Shown here: one piece after another, positions 36,841-51,531 of the stretch
Numbering within the stretch: the first letter of the stretch is position 1
Layout of the letters: every line of letters starts with the position of its first letter
NCBI GenBank assembly: GCA_964016885.1
Contig: OZ024743.1
Span: 63,674,001 to 63,738,000 of the forward strand
Reading direction: 5' to 3'
DNA from: Eledone cirrhosa
Taxonomy: Eukaryota
Length of the DNA: 64,000 bases
Position numbers and translations under genes: made by a program
Notes under the pieces: model-generated
Database searches by the model: none
Seen by the model: the letters and a program-made list of their open reading frames with translations, nothing else
What the model was told of the DNA's origin: nothing

Positions 36841-38257
36841 ATGATGATAAACTACTTCCACAAAAAATTACTGAGAGTCCTCCTCCTCTTCCACATCATC
36901 ACTCTCACCACTACCATCATAATTCTATGGAAGCTTTCTATGATTGCATGGGTTGGACAGGTCACCACAGTCCTAGTCAGTTCTTATTTGGAGTTACTCC
37001 TGTCACTGTAGGGGTGAGGATCAAATCACACTTGTGTGTTCTAAATTTCAGTGTAGTTTCTATTGCTGGATGCCTTTCTAACACCAACTATCTTACAGAA
37101 TGTATTGGGTAAATGTTTTTGTGGCACCAGCACTACTAAAGAGGTTGTAATGGCTTCAGCAAGGTAAAAGAATCCTTGTCAACTTCTGGGAACATTTTAT
37201 CATTGCACCAATCATAAATACCACATGAAAATAATGGTTTCTGATTTAGGCACATGGCCAAAAATTTGGTGGGAGGGGAAAATCGATTAAATCAACTCCA
37301 GTGCATTACTGGTACTTTATTTTATCAACCTCCATAAGGATGAAAGGAAAAACTAACCTCAGCAGGATTTTAAATCAGAATGTATGGTGTCCAATGCTCT
37401 ACTGATTCTGCCAATGCACCACTCTTATCAAATGAAAGTAATAATATTGAATAAAGCTAACATTGGTAAAAATGAACACTACTTTAAAGGAGGGCATTCA
37501 GCTGTAGAATCTAAGCCAAATATGGAACATATGAAAAAGTTATGGTTCTCCAGCCAGTCATGTCTCAGACCATGACAGACTATCCAACCCATGCCAATAT
37601 ATAAAACAGATTTAAAATGATGATGAGATGACAATATTTCAGTATGTTTCGTCTTCAGATTGTAAATTCCTTAAACATAGCTTTGAGCTGTTTTTCTTGT
37701 GTTACAGTTAAATGAGATGGGATTCTTATCCAATTGAAAATTTTCAGTGCTCTGACTCCAATTCTCAGTTGGAGCCATTTCAATTAACTAACACTGATAA
37801 TACCCTTGAGAAAGATGTACACATTCACCACATGCTATTTCCATTACTCTACACTTTTGTCCAGAAGATGTCTATTCTTTTATTGGTGAACTCACAGAAA
37901 AAAAATTGCTTAGGGGTGATTTTTGGGGATCCCTGGAAAGAATGGTGGGTGAGAAATGTGGGGGGTGTTCTAACTCAACTAGTATTATATATGGAAACAG
38001 AAGTAGACTAGAGTCTTAAAACCAAACCAGGCACTTGTCCCTTATCAGGTAGGTTCATTGATCATTAATGTTTTTCAGCTTTTTTTGCTTTTGTGTTTAC
38101 TCAACCTAGCAGCTCAAATGCCTATGTGGATAATCCATTCCTGTGTGCAAGCCCATGTGGCTAATAAAGAAATCATTGTGACTATTGCTGACATTATAGT
38201 AAAGATGGCTATGTCAGTAAATTGTCTGACTGAATCCATAACATTATTTAGTTTCAA

Positions 38258-38450
38258 TGGCGGTGGATTGGCAGTATCGGTAGAGGGTCGGATGCCATGC
38301 TTTCCAGCATAGTTACGTCCCTTAACGATCTGAGTTCAAATCCCGCCGAGGTTGACTTTGCCTTTCATCCTTGCGGGGTCGATAAAATAAAGTACCAGTA
38401 ATGCACTGGGTAATTGCTGGCCTTGTGCCAAAAAGTAGAAACAATTATTT
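38258..38450 (+). mobile_element. Meta-domain tRNA SINE with imperfect TSD
   Basis: A box tggcagtatcgg, B box gagttcaaatcc, Meta-like gcctttcatccttgcggggtcgataaaataaagtacc. Flanks attatttagtttca / attatttaatttca. Confidence 0.88.
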
Positions 38451-39132
38451 AATTTCATTCCTCTTTATGATATTATCATTTCAACTTCACCTTTTGTCCA
38501 CCCTGGGACCGATATAATGAAACTAGTAACACGATGAAGCAGATACAGCCAGCTGATACCATATTTTTTCTACAAACAGCCATACTCCCATCTTCCTAAA
38601 TGAAGTGGCTTGCTCAAGAGCACAACATGCCACTCAGTCCAGGAACTGAACCCATGACTTTATGACGATATGTCTAACACCCTAACCACTAAGCTATGTG
38701 CCTTCAAAACATGAAAATGTAGTTAACACTGATATCAACCAGCACACCCTCATTCCAACCACAACTAAATAATACCTATAAGCCACTTGGTATATAACTA
38801 ATGGAGGACCATACCCTACCACTCAAAAAGTAGTTACAAGTACAAGAAAAATATGTAATGAATGCTACATTATCATTATCTTTATTATCATCTTTATATC
38901 TGTTTTTTATTCATGTTGGTATGGGCTGGACGAGACATTTTGAGGCAGCTTTGCAGTATTTCATGGTACCTTTGCAGTATTTATTTGAATTCTTTGTGTT
39001 CTGAGTTCTAATCCTCTTCTTGGGGGCAATAAAATAAAGTACCAGTCAAGTATTGGGTTGATTTAATCTACTAACCCACCCCTGTCTGGCCTTGTGACTA
39101 TGTAAGAAACATTTATTAATATCCTATGCATA

Positions 39133-39324
39133 GGGCTGTAGATTGGCAGTATTGGTAGAGGGTCGGATGCCATGCTTTGACGTATAGAGTTACGGCCCTT
39201 GCCATTCTGAGTTCAAATCCCGCCGAGGTTAACTTTGCCTTTCATCCTTACGGGGTCGATAAAATAAAGTACCAGTAATGCACTGGGTAATTGTTGGCCT
39301 TGTGCCTAACGTAGAAACAATTAT
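39133..39324 (+). mobile_element. Meta-domain tRNA SINE with 12-bp TSD
   Basis: Same body. TSD tatcctatgcat at 39120-39131 and 39325-39336. Confidence 0.9.
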
Positions 39325-40346
39325 TATCCTATGCATCAATAATACTTTACAGTTATGTATCATTGAGCTCTGTCCACTCACTGTCTTTTGTACCACTACT
39401 ACAACATTCTTTGTTCTTCTTAGTTTTCTACTATCATACCTCTTCTTATCACTCTCCTTCTCAGGTAAGCTTTTGTGTTTGCTCACCTTGCCAGAAATAG
39501 CAGCCACGTTTCACACAAATCAGATGCTACTATCTTAGAAAAACAAGGTCACATTTGTCAATGTAATTCTTGATCTACAAAAAGACAGATTGGCCATGGC
39601 TGAAATGCCTTTGTTGATGAATTTATTCAATAAATATTTGCCTGGGGAATAAGTGATAGTAACAACACTATCTCACTGCTGTCTCATCACACAGAATCTA
39701 TATTAACTCTTTCATTTTCATATTTCTAATGAAAGACATTGCCTATGGTTTTCAAAGCATTTTGAAAATAATCAGGTATTTCAAGGGATTTAGTATTGTA
39801 ACAAACTTTCTCGTTATTAAGGTGATGTTTGGAGAATAACTTAACAAAGTTTATATAAATTTATGATGGAAGGTCTTTAGGTAAATTGAAATATTTTATA
39901 AGAACTTTGTATTGTAGAACCAGGGGAATTTCTGATGGTTTGGTATCAAAAGATTTAAACATTATTTTCAGTCCTGATCTTTGGATAGCTATGACTTCCA
40001 TATACAATGTCTTTGCTTATTATTTGGGAGTCACTGGAATATTCCAAACTATAGTTGGTGAAGCAGACATCAGGGAATAGTAGAATTCATCTACTAAAAC
40101 AGTAGATTTGATGAATAGCTTCTTTACTTATAAAGTTACTCCTTATGGGAAGAGATCTTTTCCTATACATGTAATGTTGGGGTTAGTTCTACCATTTAAA
40201 ATGATTTATTATCAAACTCACTAGAGTTCTGGATAAAAATTCATCGCAATATTTGTTCTGACTGCCTGTGCTCTGAGTTCAAATCCTGATAGGGTCCTGT
40301 TTACGTTTCATCCTTTAGTGTCAATAATGTACCAACCCAGTGTTGA

Positions 40347-40416
<70 letters not shown>

Positions 40417-42970
40417 TATATATATATATATCTTTCCAGCTATCACATACTGGATGTTCTACTCGATCAAAGGTGGGAGAGCCAAGAGGGTGTATGTGTC
40501 TGCCAGCAGTTTCATGAGCATCTAAAACCTGTATAGGAAATATAGTACAAACAACTAATTTATATATACTCAATTGCCAGTGATGCCCATAGTTAGATTT
40601 TCTACTATTTAAGATCTGCAACTGTGTTTCACAAATATTTTCTGCTTGCCTTTCATCTGTTCTACACTTCACCTCTAGTATTCTCCTGGCCTACAACACT
40701 TACCCAGAAGAAACTCACACAACACTACAGATAACCCATCACTCCATCCATCCATATACCCTGACCTCCTGATGGAGATGTAGGTGCGCTATCATAACAT
40801 AGTGTGTCTTGAGTATTTAAACCTGGTAGCACCCCCAGGTATGAACACAACTGATTCCTTCCAGAGAAAGAAAGAAAAATAGAGGAAGAATTGATCCCAG
40901 TATTGCACTGGTACTTTATTTATTAACCTCAAAAGGATAAAAGGTGAAATCGACCTCAGTAGGATTTGAAATCAAAGTGCAGAAGGCTAGAATGAACACT
41001 GAAGCATTTTATCTGAATTTCTGATGATTAAATGTTTGAATAATCAACCAATGTCTATTCTTGTGTACATTTGGGACAGTGGCAACCACTTTGGAAAGCC
41101 TTGATCAACAAACAAGTAAACAGAATAGGAAGGTGAAGGGTAATGCTTTATTCACTGTATAATGTTAGTAACTGGAAGTGTATCTTCATCTGGTTTTTAT
41201 TGTTCGCAGCTCACCTTACTGATGTGTCAGATGATGCTTGTGAGGCAGATAAGCCTTACTGTCACATGCAGTAATAATGGTTTCTGATTTAGACATAAGG
41301 CCAACAAAGTCTATTAAATCGCCCCCAGTGTGTTACTGGTACTTTATTTTATCGACACCTTAAGGATGAAAGGCAAAGCTAGCCTCGACAGGATTTGAAC
41401 ACAGAACATAAAGGGACACTACTGATACTGCCAATAGTAATAATGTAACGGCCTTGAATTGAAGTCAAAACCAATATTCCTTGTTATAACGTAATTGGGT
41501 GAATATGTCTTAACCCATACTCCATTTTTTTTTCGTTTTTCTTCTGATTTTTTTTTTTCCTTTTGCAAATCATAAACACACATTTCTTTCGTTTATTGAT
41601 TCCTTTCTTTTGTAAATAAACAACAAATTACTATTACTTATATTTGGTTCAGGTCTCAGGAAAGCAGTACGTTTCTGTAATAGGTTGTCGTTTACTCATG
41701 CTATTTTTAAGCCTCACCAGCATTTTTCAGTTATATCAGCTCTTTGAAATCCTGCTATCAAATATTGGCCTTTGTCGCCTTAATTATAAATATTTCATTT
41801 TCTATCATCATATGTATGAAAAAATATTGTGTCCAGTTTACAATAAGTACCATAAGATGAGAACAGAAAGGTTGACGCTATAATGGGCGTTGTACTAAAA
41901 AAAACAGAAAATCTAATCTAATCTGGCCGAGTTTACACTCGCAAATAAGAAGAACCAGGGTCGCACCTAGGGGCATTGAATTTGGTGTACTTCATATTTG
42001 TTTCGGTTGCTGAATACAATCAGGGGTTGCTGCTTCTCCTGAAGGTCAATAGCGCATTGATCATCTGCAAAGCTGCATTGTTCTCAGAACCACTACACCA
42101 GTCTTTCGATGTGTGCAGTTGGAACTACTGCCACCCATTTATTTGGCAGGATATTTTGTTTTTGTTTTTGTTTTTTTTTAGATGGCCGTTAACTCTTATG
42201 AGTTCTTCTGGCCCTTTGTCAGGTTTTGTTTTTTGTCCAGCAGGGTGTCCAAAATCACCCTCTTCATCAAGTAAACTTGGTGGGGTTGCCGACGACCCGA
42301 ACATGCGACAGGTTGTACTGGGTTACATGCTGCCAGTAACACTCTAGAGTGACCTGACAAAACAGAAAAACATTGCCTAAAAAAAGCTCTCACAACGAGT
42401 ATGAAATTTATTGTAAAGACCTCAAGGTTAACTCTTGCTTTAGCAGAGAAAATGACCTTAAAACACTCCTTGTTATTATTGTTGTTATTGTAAGTATTTT
42501 TTTAATCTCCTGGAATTTACTGCAAATTTACGTTTTCTTTTTATTTATTGTTGAAATAAATGACTTGAAAATTGAGAATAGAATTGAAATTATGCGCATT
42601 TCTCAGTATTGAAATAGAAATTAAATAAATGAAATGGAAAATTTCTCTGTATAGAAATAGAACAAAAAAATAGATAGAAATAACAACATATCTTATCTCC
42701 CTCCTGCAGCCCACACATTTCAACAACTCAAATAAGCTTAACACAGTTATCTACCCCTACCACTTATTCAAATCGGTAGGAAGGAAAGAGTATATATAGT
42801 TATGTCCCCCTGTGAAAACAATTCACAGGTAATGTGTTAAAAATTACAGTTATCTCCTCCTTGTTACTAATATAAACAAAGGGAACTGGGAGTTACGTCC
42901 CCTTAGTTTTTAAACTTTCAATGCATTGCATTCGCTTTCGTCTGGAATAATGCCTCCGCAATTCTATTTG

Positions 42971-45215
42971 CATCGTTTAACGTCCATCTTCCACGCTAGC
43001 ATGGGTTTAGACGGGAATTGTCCCACTTGAGGCAAGATTGGTTCTGTGGCTCGTATGGGACTGTCTGGCAGGTTTTCTACAAATGGATGCCCTTCCTAAC
43101 ACCAACCACGTTTACAGTGTGGGCTGTGAGGTTTTTACCGTGTTACCTACACGGCCACATTACAGCGTGGACTGTGTGTGTTTTTTTTTTGTTGTGACAC
43201 CTACACGACCTCATTTATTTAGGACTGGATGTTGAGGTACCAACATAACTTTACAGAGAAAGGGGTGGTGTGGATGGGGTGAGGGTAGTGGGGCCGGGGT
43301 GTATTTTGGTTAAGAGGTGCCTACTGACTGTAGGTTAACTTTGTACATAGGCAAGGCGGGTCTTCTGTATTACTGCGTGGCGCTAAAGATCTCAGTCCAG
43401 TGACATTGTCTTGGAGAGGTGTAAGTGTGTAAGGTCGGAAGTTATCAAATCGTCCCAGGTTTTTCTGGGTCTGCCTACTCCGTGGCTACCGTCTATTTTT
43501 ATTGCCCTGCACTTTTTTATACAGCTGTCGTCTCTCATGCGCATCACGTGACCATACCAACATAGTCTTCTCTCGAGTAAACAGCATCTGATCCTTCTTA
43601 TACCTAATTTCTCATTTGGTTCCTTTATGCTTTGCTGTACACATATATTACTATTACACATCCAGCAGAGCATGCATGCTTCGTTCCTCTCCAGTCTGCG
43701 CAGATTCTCTGCACACAATGCCCATGTCTCACTGCCATGTAACATAGCTGTTCGTATGCAGGCATCATACAGTCTGCTTTTCATTTTTAGAGAAAAACCT
43801 TTAGCGGCCAATAGTGGTATAAGCTTTCTGAACCTTTTCCATCCCGTTCTGACTCAGGCTACTGTACTTTCGGAGCACCCTCCACCACTGCTGATTTTGT
43901 CACCCAAGTAACGGAAGGTGTCCACTATTTCTATAGAACCATCTGGGCAATAGAAGGAGCTAGCATCCTGTGGGCGCTTGCTACTTATTGTACCTGAGCA
44001 CCGACCACATATAAAATCTACGTTCTTAGATAGCTTACCTGTGATCCCACTACATCTTTTATGCACCCATACTTTGCATTTGGGACATAAAAGGGAATTT
44101 CTGCCTACTCCTTTTCTACACACTGAGCATGGCCATTTCCCAGAGGGGACCTGTGCCCTATTTTCCTTCCTAGATACTACAACTTTAGTCTTAGACAAGT
44201 TAACTTTAAGGCCTTTTGATTCTAGGCCATGCTTCAATATTTGGAATTTCTTCTCTAGTTCATCCATCGATTCAGCTATGAGCGTTAGATCATCTGCATA
44301 GAGAAGTTCCCATGGGCAGCCGATCTTGAACTCCTCTGTTGTAGCCTGAAGGGCAATAATAAATAGGAGGGGCTAAGGACACAGCCCTGATGAACACCAA
44401 CTTTTACGCTAAATTCTTCACTATATTCGTTGTTAATTCTAACATTGCTGACTGTTTCTTTATACATGGCTTGTATAGCTCTCACAAGCCATTCATCAAC
44501 CCCTAGTTTTCTAAGAGTCCACCAGATAATGGTGCGGGGGACTCTGTCAAATGCTTTCTCCAAGTCAACAAAAGCTAAGTATAGGGGTTTACTTTTAGCT
44601 AGGTACTTCTCCTGTAGTTGTCGTACAAGGAAAAGGGCGTCTGTGGTACTTTTACCTGACACAAACCCAAACTGCATTTCGTCTAGATCAATTTGCTCTC
44701 TGATTAGTTGTGCTATAACTTTTTCTGTGACCTTCATGACCTGGTCAACCAATTTAATGCCTCTATAGTTTCCTTTATCTAGTGCATCTCCTTTACCCTT
44801 GTAGCAGTTAATGATGATGCTGCTACGCCAGTCCTTTGGTATGACCCCGTTCTGTATGACTTTGTTTACTATCTGGGTGACCATGGTGTGTCCTACCGCT
44901 CCAGATGCTTTCAGAATTTCAGCAACTATTTCCGAAGGCCCAGCTGCCTTGCCTGTCTTCATATCTTTGATTGCCTTACTTATTATACTACATTCAACTT
45001 GCACTGCTGGTGCCTCTATTGGATTGATGTGGGGCAGACTATCTTTGTCCCATTTATTCTCCTCATTTAGTAGCCTCTTGTAGTGACACTTCCAAGCTAC
45101 CTTCTTACCAGCATCATCAGTGATGGCAAGTACACCATCATCATTACGGACACACTTCTCCCTGACAATATCATGGTTTTCCTTGACACATTGCCTAGCA
45201 ATCCTGAACATCTCA
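42971..45215 (-). mobile_element. RTE family A, 5'-truncated (RT + PHD insert + 3'UTR)
   Basis: ORFs 44285-45277, 43854-44267 and 43392-43811 are frameshifted pieces of one RT ORF. 3' tail at 42971. Confidence 0.95.
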
Positions 45216-45914
45216 CATTTTGAATATATTTGGATATATGTGTAAACGAAAACAATGAAGCAAACAATACAGTACAATTAAAACAATGTATTAGTTTAAC
45301 ACTTAATCATCATCATCATCATCATCATCATCGTTTAACGTCCATCTTCCACATAGTAAGAAAAGCATCTTAACATTTCAGACACTAGTACAGAAAATAG
45401 AATGAGAAATAAAAGGAGAAATAGAAAGATAGAGAGTGAGAAGAGCAAAGAATGGAAGAAAATGGTGTGGGGAAGCACATTTGTGTTCAGTCATATACCC
45501 GATTTCATTTACAAGGCTTGGGCCCATATGTGACTGATAACGATATTTGCCTAAGATGCCTCACAGTGGGATCAAACCCACAAACTTATGATTACAAACT
45601 TCCTAACCACTCAGTTAAGCATGTATTCATCTACGAAACAATGCCCTGAACTCTATATTTTTGATAGCAAGAAAATATTGAGACAAAGTGAAAAATAATT
45701 GTTTGTGTATGACAGAAGCATTTATAATTCAGTGCATATATTACATGTTTATGGAAATCCATCCATTGCTTGTGCAGTTATATGCATATTCTTTAAGACT
45801 GCACTTAGTTTAAAACAATGCCACTTATTTGCTGTAACTTTCAGGAAACTTTACCTCTAATTCTAATGTATCAAGATTAAACCCATGTCAGCCTTGATTG
45901 AGCAGATATAGACA

Positions 45915-46265
45915 CAGGCATAGCTGTATGGTTAAGGAGCTTGCTTTGTAACCATATGGTTTTGAGTCCACTCTCACTCGCAAGTGCCTTCTAGTATAAC
46001 TTTGAGTTGACCAATATATTGTCAGTGAAATTTGATAGACAGAAACTACAAAAACTCATTGTACATAAGTGTATTTGTCTATGTGAATGCGTATGTCCAT
46101 ATCTGTATATGTGTTTGTTTCTGTGTCTGTGCTTTACCAGTTTAACAAAGAGAGATTGATAATATAGGCACCTTCCTGGGGAAAAAAATACTGGCGTTGA
46201 TATGATTGACTAGTTCCCATTTAGAGTGCCCCAGCATGGTCACAGTTTAAAGACTGAAATCAGGA
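45915..46265 (+). mobile_element. Decayed tRNA-headed SINE-like repeat
   Basis: Head caggcatagctgtatggttaaggagcttgc resembles a tRNA 5' half. The body is not assigned. Confidence 0.45.
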
Positions 46266-46336
46266 AAAGACTATGATTTAAAAAAATTCTAGTTGTGACC
46301 ATCCTTTCTGTTTAGGACTAGACTACATTATATAAA

Positions 46337-46530
46337 GGGCAGTGGATTGGCAGTATCGGTAGAGGGTCGGATGCTATGCTTTGACGCATAGAGTTACGGC
46401 CCTTGCCATTCTGAGTTCGAATCCCGCCGAGGTTAACTTTGCCTTTCATCCTTACGGGGTCGATAAAATAAAGTACCAATAGTGCACTGGTTAAGTGCTG
46501 GCTTTGTGCCAAAAAGTAGAAACAATTATA
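46337..46530 (+). mobile_element. Meta-domain tRNA SINE, full length
   Basis: A box 46348-46359, B box gagttcgaatcc, Meta-like central block, and attatataa duplicated on both sides. Confidence 0.9.
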
Positions 46531-47169
46531 TAATGTGAATCTCCCTTTTTTAAAGATAGTAAAATGTGATCAAAAGACAAAAGCTTGCCTGGTACAGATA
46601 TGTATCCCACGACGACTCCCTATACAAATTCATTCTCCAATGCACTAAGGTGGGCAAAGGAGAAGCATACAAAGAAAATCCAGAGTGTGTAGTGAACATT
46701 GTTTCAGGTTCAGGTTTCAGGTTCAGTCATACTGCATGGCTCTTTGGGGAAATTGTGAGTGAAATTTACTTCAGCCTTTAGTAATAAAAGGTTTTTAAGC
46801 AATGTCTCTAGTTAAAGAGGGTACTGAATTGCTGATTAAATCCCAACACAGAAATGAAATTAGTCTAGCTAAGTCCTCTTTTACTGTTCAGATTGATATT
46901 ATATATAAACACAAGGTATTTACATCTGTCTCTACATACAATGTGGGCTAAAAATCTACAGTTATATTTCATAGTACAATATAGCAGTGGAAACAAAACA
47001 CGTAACACACCAGAAATGTATTATTCTAACTATGATCTAAGAATTTGTTATATATGTAAATTTGTGTGTCCTATTGACTTAGACCTTTAATTATAGCAGT
47101 GTCTCTGTGGGCAGTTAAAGAGTATCGAATATATTGGATATAGATAAAGTGTTTATATCTGTATTATGA

Positions 47170-49395
47170 TCATCATTTTAACATTTGCTTTCCCTGCTAG
47201 CAAGTGTTGGACAGATTCATACAGACTAAGTCAGTACTGAAGCAGAGACATTGATTTACCAGGCAGGCCAAGGACCTGTATCTCGTTTATGTATGGTCTC
47301 ACAGTCCACCGAGTGCTCAGGGGAGGTTGTCATGTCTTTGACACAACTGAGGGTCCTCCCAACCGTTTGGCAAGATTTCTATGGTTAGATGCCCTTCCTA
47401 CCAGCAACCACTTTACAGTGTGTGCTGGGTGTATTTAATATGTTGATCACCAGCACTATGGAGGCAGTCATGTCTTTAACACAACTGAATAGTCCTCTCA
47501 ACTCTGTTGACATGGTTTCTAAAGTGGGTTGCCCTTCCTACCACCAACCACTTTACAGCGTCTACTGGGTGCATTTATCGTGTAAATAACCATCACTAGG
47601 GAGGTTGTCATGTTCTTGATATGACTGAAGGGTCCTCCTAACCCTTTCTCTGGCAAGTGCTCCATGGCTGAATGCCCTTCCTATCACCAACCATTTCACT
47701 GTGGGGGAAGGGGTCGGAGTAATGATGTTGAAAAGTGTTAGGGAGTGCTAGTGGAAGGTGGGAGGAAAAGTCAGGTCACATTGTATGCTTCAGGTTGGGT
47801 CTCTTCAGCACCAACCCTCATGGTCTTTAGTCATTTTTAAGGTCAGCCTTCACAACTTCATCCCATCTTTTCCTGTGTCTGCCTCTTCCACAGGTCCCAG
47901 CCAGTGGGGTTTCCCTGCATTTCTTTATGCAGCTGTATCACATATCCATACCATGTGAATCACATATCCATACCAATACAATCTTCTCTCTTGCACACTA
48001 CAACTAATCCCTCTTATGCCAAGTTTTCCCTTTAGTTTGCTATGTTGCTCATGTACACTAATATTGCACATCCATCAGAGCATACTCAACTCATTTCTTT
48101 CTAGTCTTCGAAGGTCTTCTGTAGTCAGGGCCCATGTTTTACTGCCATATAACATTGCATACAGTCTACCCTTCACTCTGAGAGAAAAGCATTTTGTTGT
48201 TAGCAGTGGTAATAGATCTCTGAACTTCTTCCAGACTATTCTTATCCTAACTATCGCAGTTTCAGTACATCCTCCTCCACTATTAATTTGATTGTCTAGG
48301 TAGCAAAAGCTGTCAACAACTTCTAGAGAGCTTCCCTGGCAGCTAAGAGAATCTAATTTACGAGTGCCCTTTTGTGCTTACTTCCCCTGTGCATTTGATC
48401 TGTTTTCCCACCTGCAATCCCATATCTCTTGTGCATCCATAATTTACATTGTGTACACCTTATGGAATTTCTGCCCATCCCTCTCTGACATATTGTACAA
48501 GGTCACTTTCCTGTTGGTATCACCTTCCTGTCTTCTTTCCTACTTATTAAGACTTTCATCTTCACTTAATTTACTTTCAGGCCTTTCAGCTCCAGGTTAT
48601 TCTTCCATGCTTGAAATGTTGCTTCTAACTCTCCTACAAACTCAGCTATGAGGACTAGGTCATCAGCATAAAGGATCTCCCATGGAGCAACAGTTTTAAA
48701 ATCCTCAGTGATGGCCTGAAGTACAATGATAAATAGGAGTGGACTGAGGACTGATCCTTGGTGAACCCCCACCTGCACTTCAAATTCATCACTGTACTCA
48801 TTTCCAACTCTCACTCTGCTGGCTGCTCCTCTACAGATGGCCTGCACATACCTCACAAGCCATTTGTCTACACCTAGCTTCCTAAGTGCCCTCCAGATTA
48901 TAGAGTGTGGGACCCTGTCAAAGGCTTTCTCTAGATCTACAAATGCTTCACAAAAAAGGGCATCAGTCGTACCGCTATCTGGCATAAATCTGAATTGTGT
49001 CTCATCTAACTTGATTCTGTCATTGATTAGTCGTGCTATAACACTTTCAGCAACTCCCATGACTTGATCCATCAGCTTGATGCCTCTGTAGAAACTTCTC
49101 TCTAGTTCATCTCCTTTGCTAGCAATTTACAATGATACTGGTGCTCCAGTCATTGGGTATGACATCATCCTGTACTCCTTGATTAAATATACGTCTAACT
49201 AGCACATATCCTACCATGCCAGATGCTTTTATCATCCCAGCAAACCATACCAGATGGTCCAGCTGCCTTCTCCACCTTCTTGTCTTTATCTACCACACTG
49301 TTGTCAACTTTGATACCTGGTCCATCAGTTGAGTCTGAATGGGGTAGGCCTTGCAATCCCATGTATTCTCTTTATTCAGCAGTCTCTCATACTAA
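47170..49395 (-). mobile_element. Older RTE family A-related copy (RT + PHD remnant + long 3'UTR)
   Basis: FVDLEKAFDRVPH, GVHQGSVLSPLLF, LYADDL, GLKVN, with many frameshifts. Confidence 0.9.
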
Positions 49396-49611
49396 TTAGT
49401 TTAAGCAACCATTACCAATGCCGTGCCAGAAACCAATGTTTTTATTAGCTAATAGCTCTTAGCTGTCATTCAATAGGATTGTACTTAAAACTGCTCAATT
49501 CTTGCTTTCATCCATTCATTATAATTGCACTTATCATATACAGGCACCTATCAATGAAGAGATCAACATAATACAATGGATGTACATATCACTAATGTGT
49601 GAGAGAGACTT

Positions 49612-50571
49612 ACAATGAAGTCTCCCTGTTTAGCTGCTATTTCTAACACGCCTATGAACCACCATGAGGTTGGTTTCTCCTATTTACCTGCTATTTCTAG
49701 CAGAACCTGTGTACCAAATGAGGTTCCCCTCATTTAGCTGCTATTTAGAGCACACCTATGGATACGGTTCCCCCTATTTTTCAAGAACACCTGTGGACCA
49801 CGATGAGCTTCCCTCTATTTAGCTGCTATTTCTAGCACACATATAAACCACTATGAGGTTCTTCCTATTTATCTGTTATGTCTGGCACACCTATGTCCAC
49901 AATGAAGTTCCTCCTATTTAGCTGCTATTTCTAGCACACCTATGAACTACCATCAGTTCCCCGTTTTTAGCTGCTATTTCTAGCACACCTATGGACCACC
50001 ATAATATTCCCCCTATTTAGCTGATATTTCTAGCGCACCTATGGAGCATCATAAGTTTCTGCTATTTACTTGCTTTTGCTAGTACATCTATGGACCACCA
50101 TGAGGTTCCTCTCTTTTAGCTGCTTTTTCTAGCAAACCTATGGACCATTATGGTGTTCTCTCTATTTAGCTCCTATTTCTAGCAAACCTATTTACCACCA
50201 TGATGTTCCCCACATTTAGCTGCAATGTCTAGCATACCTATGGGCCACCATTATGTTTCCCTCATTTAGCTGCTATTTCAAGCTTGCCTATGTACCACCA
50301 TACGTTTCCTCCATATTTACCTACTATTTCTAGTACATTTTTTTACTATTAAGAGGTTCCCTTATTTAGCTTGTTTCCATAGGTGTGCTAGAATTAACAA
50401 CTAAAAAGGAAACGTCGTGGTGATTTATAGGTGCGCTAGAAATAGCAGCTAAATAAGGGGAACTCATGGTGTGCTAGAAATAGCAGCTAAATAGGGAGAA
50501 CCCCATGTTGTCCATAGTTGTGCTAGAATCAGCAGCTACATCTGCTAAACAGGGGGAACCTCATAGGTGTG
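49612..50571. repeat. ~49-50-bp minisatellite (~15 units), switching to ~4 inverted units near 50374
   Basis: Unit approximately atgaggttcccctatttagctgctatttctagcacacctatggaccacc. After ~50374 it reads ataggtgtgctagaaatagcagctaaat. Confidence 0.92.
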
Positions 50572-51531
50572 TAAAATGTTTTTTATATAATTGTGTGTGC
50601 GTTGTGTTGTTATCCTCATCATTTTACATCTTGTAACCCATGCTAGCATGGGTTATCCAGGTCATTACAGACCAAGTCAGTACTTAATCAGAACTTCTCT
50701 CATCCTAAACCTGATTGGAAACACCCGTTGCTCAGATATGTTCTAGTTTTGGTATTGTTTCTACAGCTACATGTCCTGCCTAATAGCAACAATTTTACAG
50801 ACTCCACTCATTGCATTTTATCATGGCACCAGCACTAGGGCGGCTATCTTATCCTAGACACATCTGAAGAATCTCCCTTACCCTTTGGTTTGTATGGTTG
50901 GATGCCTTTCCTAACTTTACAGTGAGTACTGGATGCACTTTATGGCACCAGCACCAGAGAGCTATCATATCCTGGACACAACTGAATTGTCATCTCAATC
51001 CTTTGTTTTGCATGTTTTTTTTATGACTGGATAACTTCTTAACAATAACTTTTCTGAGTATGCTGGGTACATTTTAACATGGCACCAGCTCTAAGGTGGA
51101 TTCATATCTTTGGCACAACGGAAGAGTCCTTTATGTATAAAATGTATGCTTTGTATAAATTATGTGTGTTTATGTATTAAATGGTAGATAAATGTTATAA
51201 AAACTGGGTGAATGTATGTATAGAAGCATAGTGTGCTTGTGAGTAATGTGTGTACGTGTGCAGTGGAATGTGGTAGATATATGTTCCTGGAAAACTGAAT
51301 CTGCTACTTATGTTCAAATCCAGATTAAGCTACTTTTCTTTCTGTACCTGCGATTTATGGGTGTTGATTTATATCACTGAGAAACGTGGAGGTGAGGCAT
51401 GAGTAACCTTTCTTGAAGATTTCCAGAAACCTCAAACAAAATACCTCCTTTTTAAAAACAGCAGGAATTTTCTGTCCAACCCAATATATATATATATGTG
51501 TGGGTGTGTGTGTGAATATATGTATATATAT

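Noticed and set aside
37630-37663. Minus-strand ACAAT-CTGAAGA-C-GAAA...ATTGT as a hammerhead
   Set aside because: No stem II and no U at position 16.1.
37712-38312. Short ORFs in unique sequence as host-gene exons (also 39886-40080 and 41976-42347)
   Set aside because: No recognisable domain and no consistent splice chain.
49612-50571. CRISPR-like array (also 61493-61630 and 63636-63760)
   Set aside because: Whole units are repeated with no unique spacers, there are no cas genes, and the context is eukaryotic.
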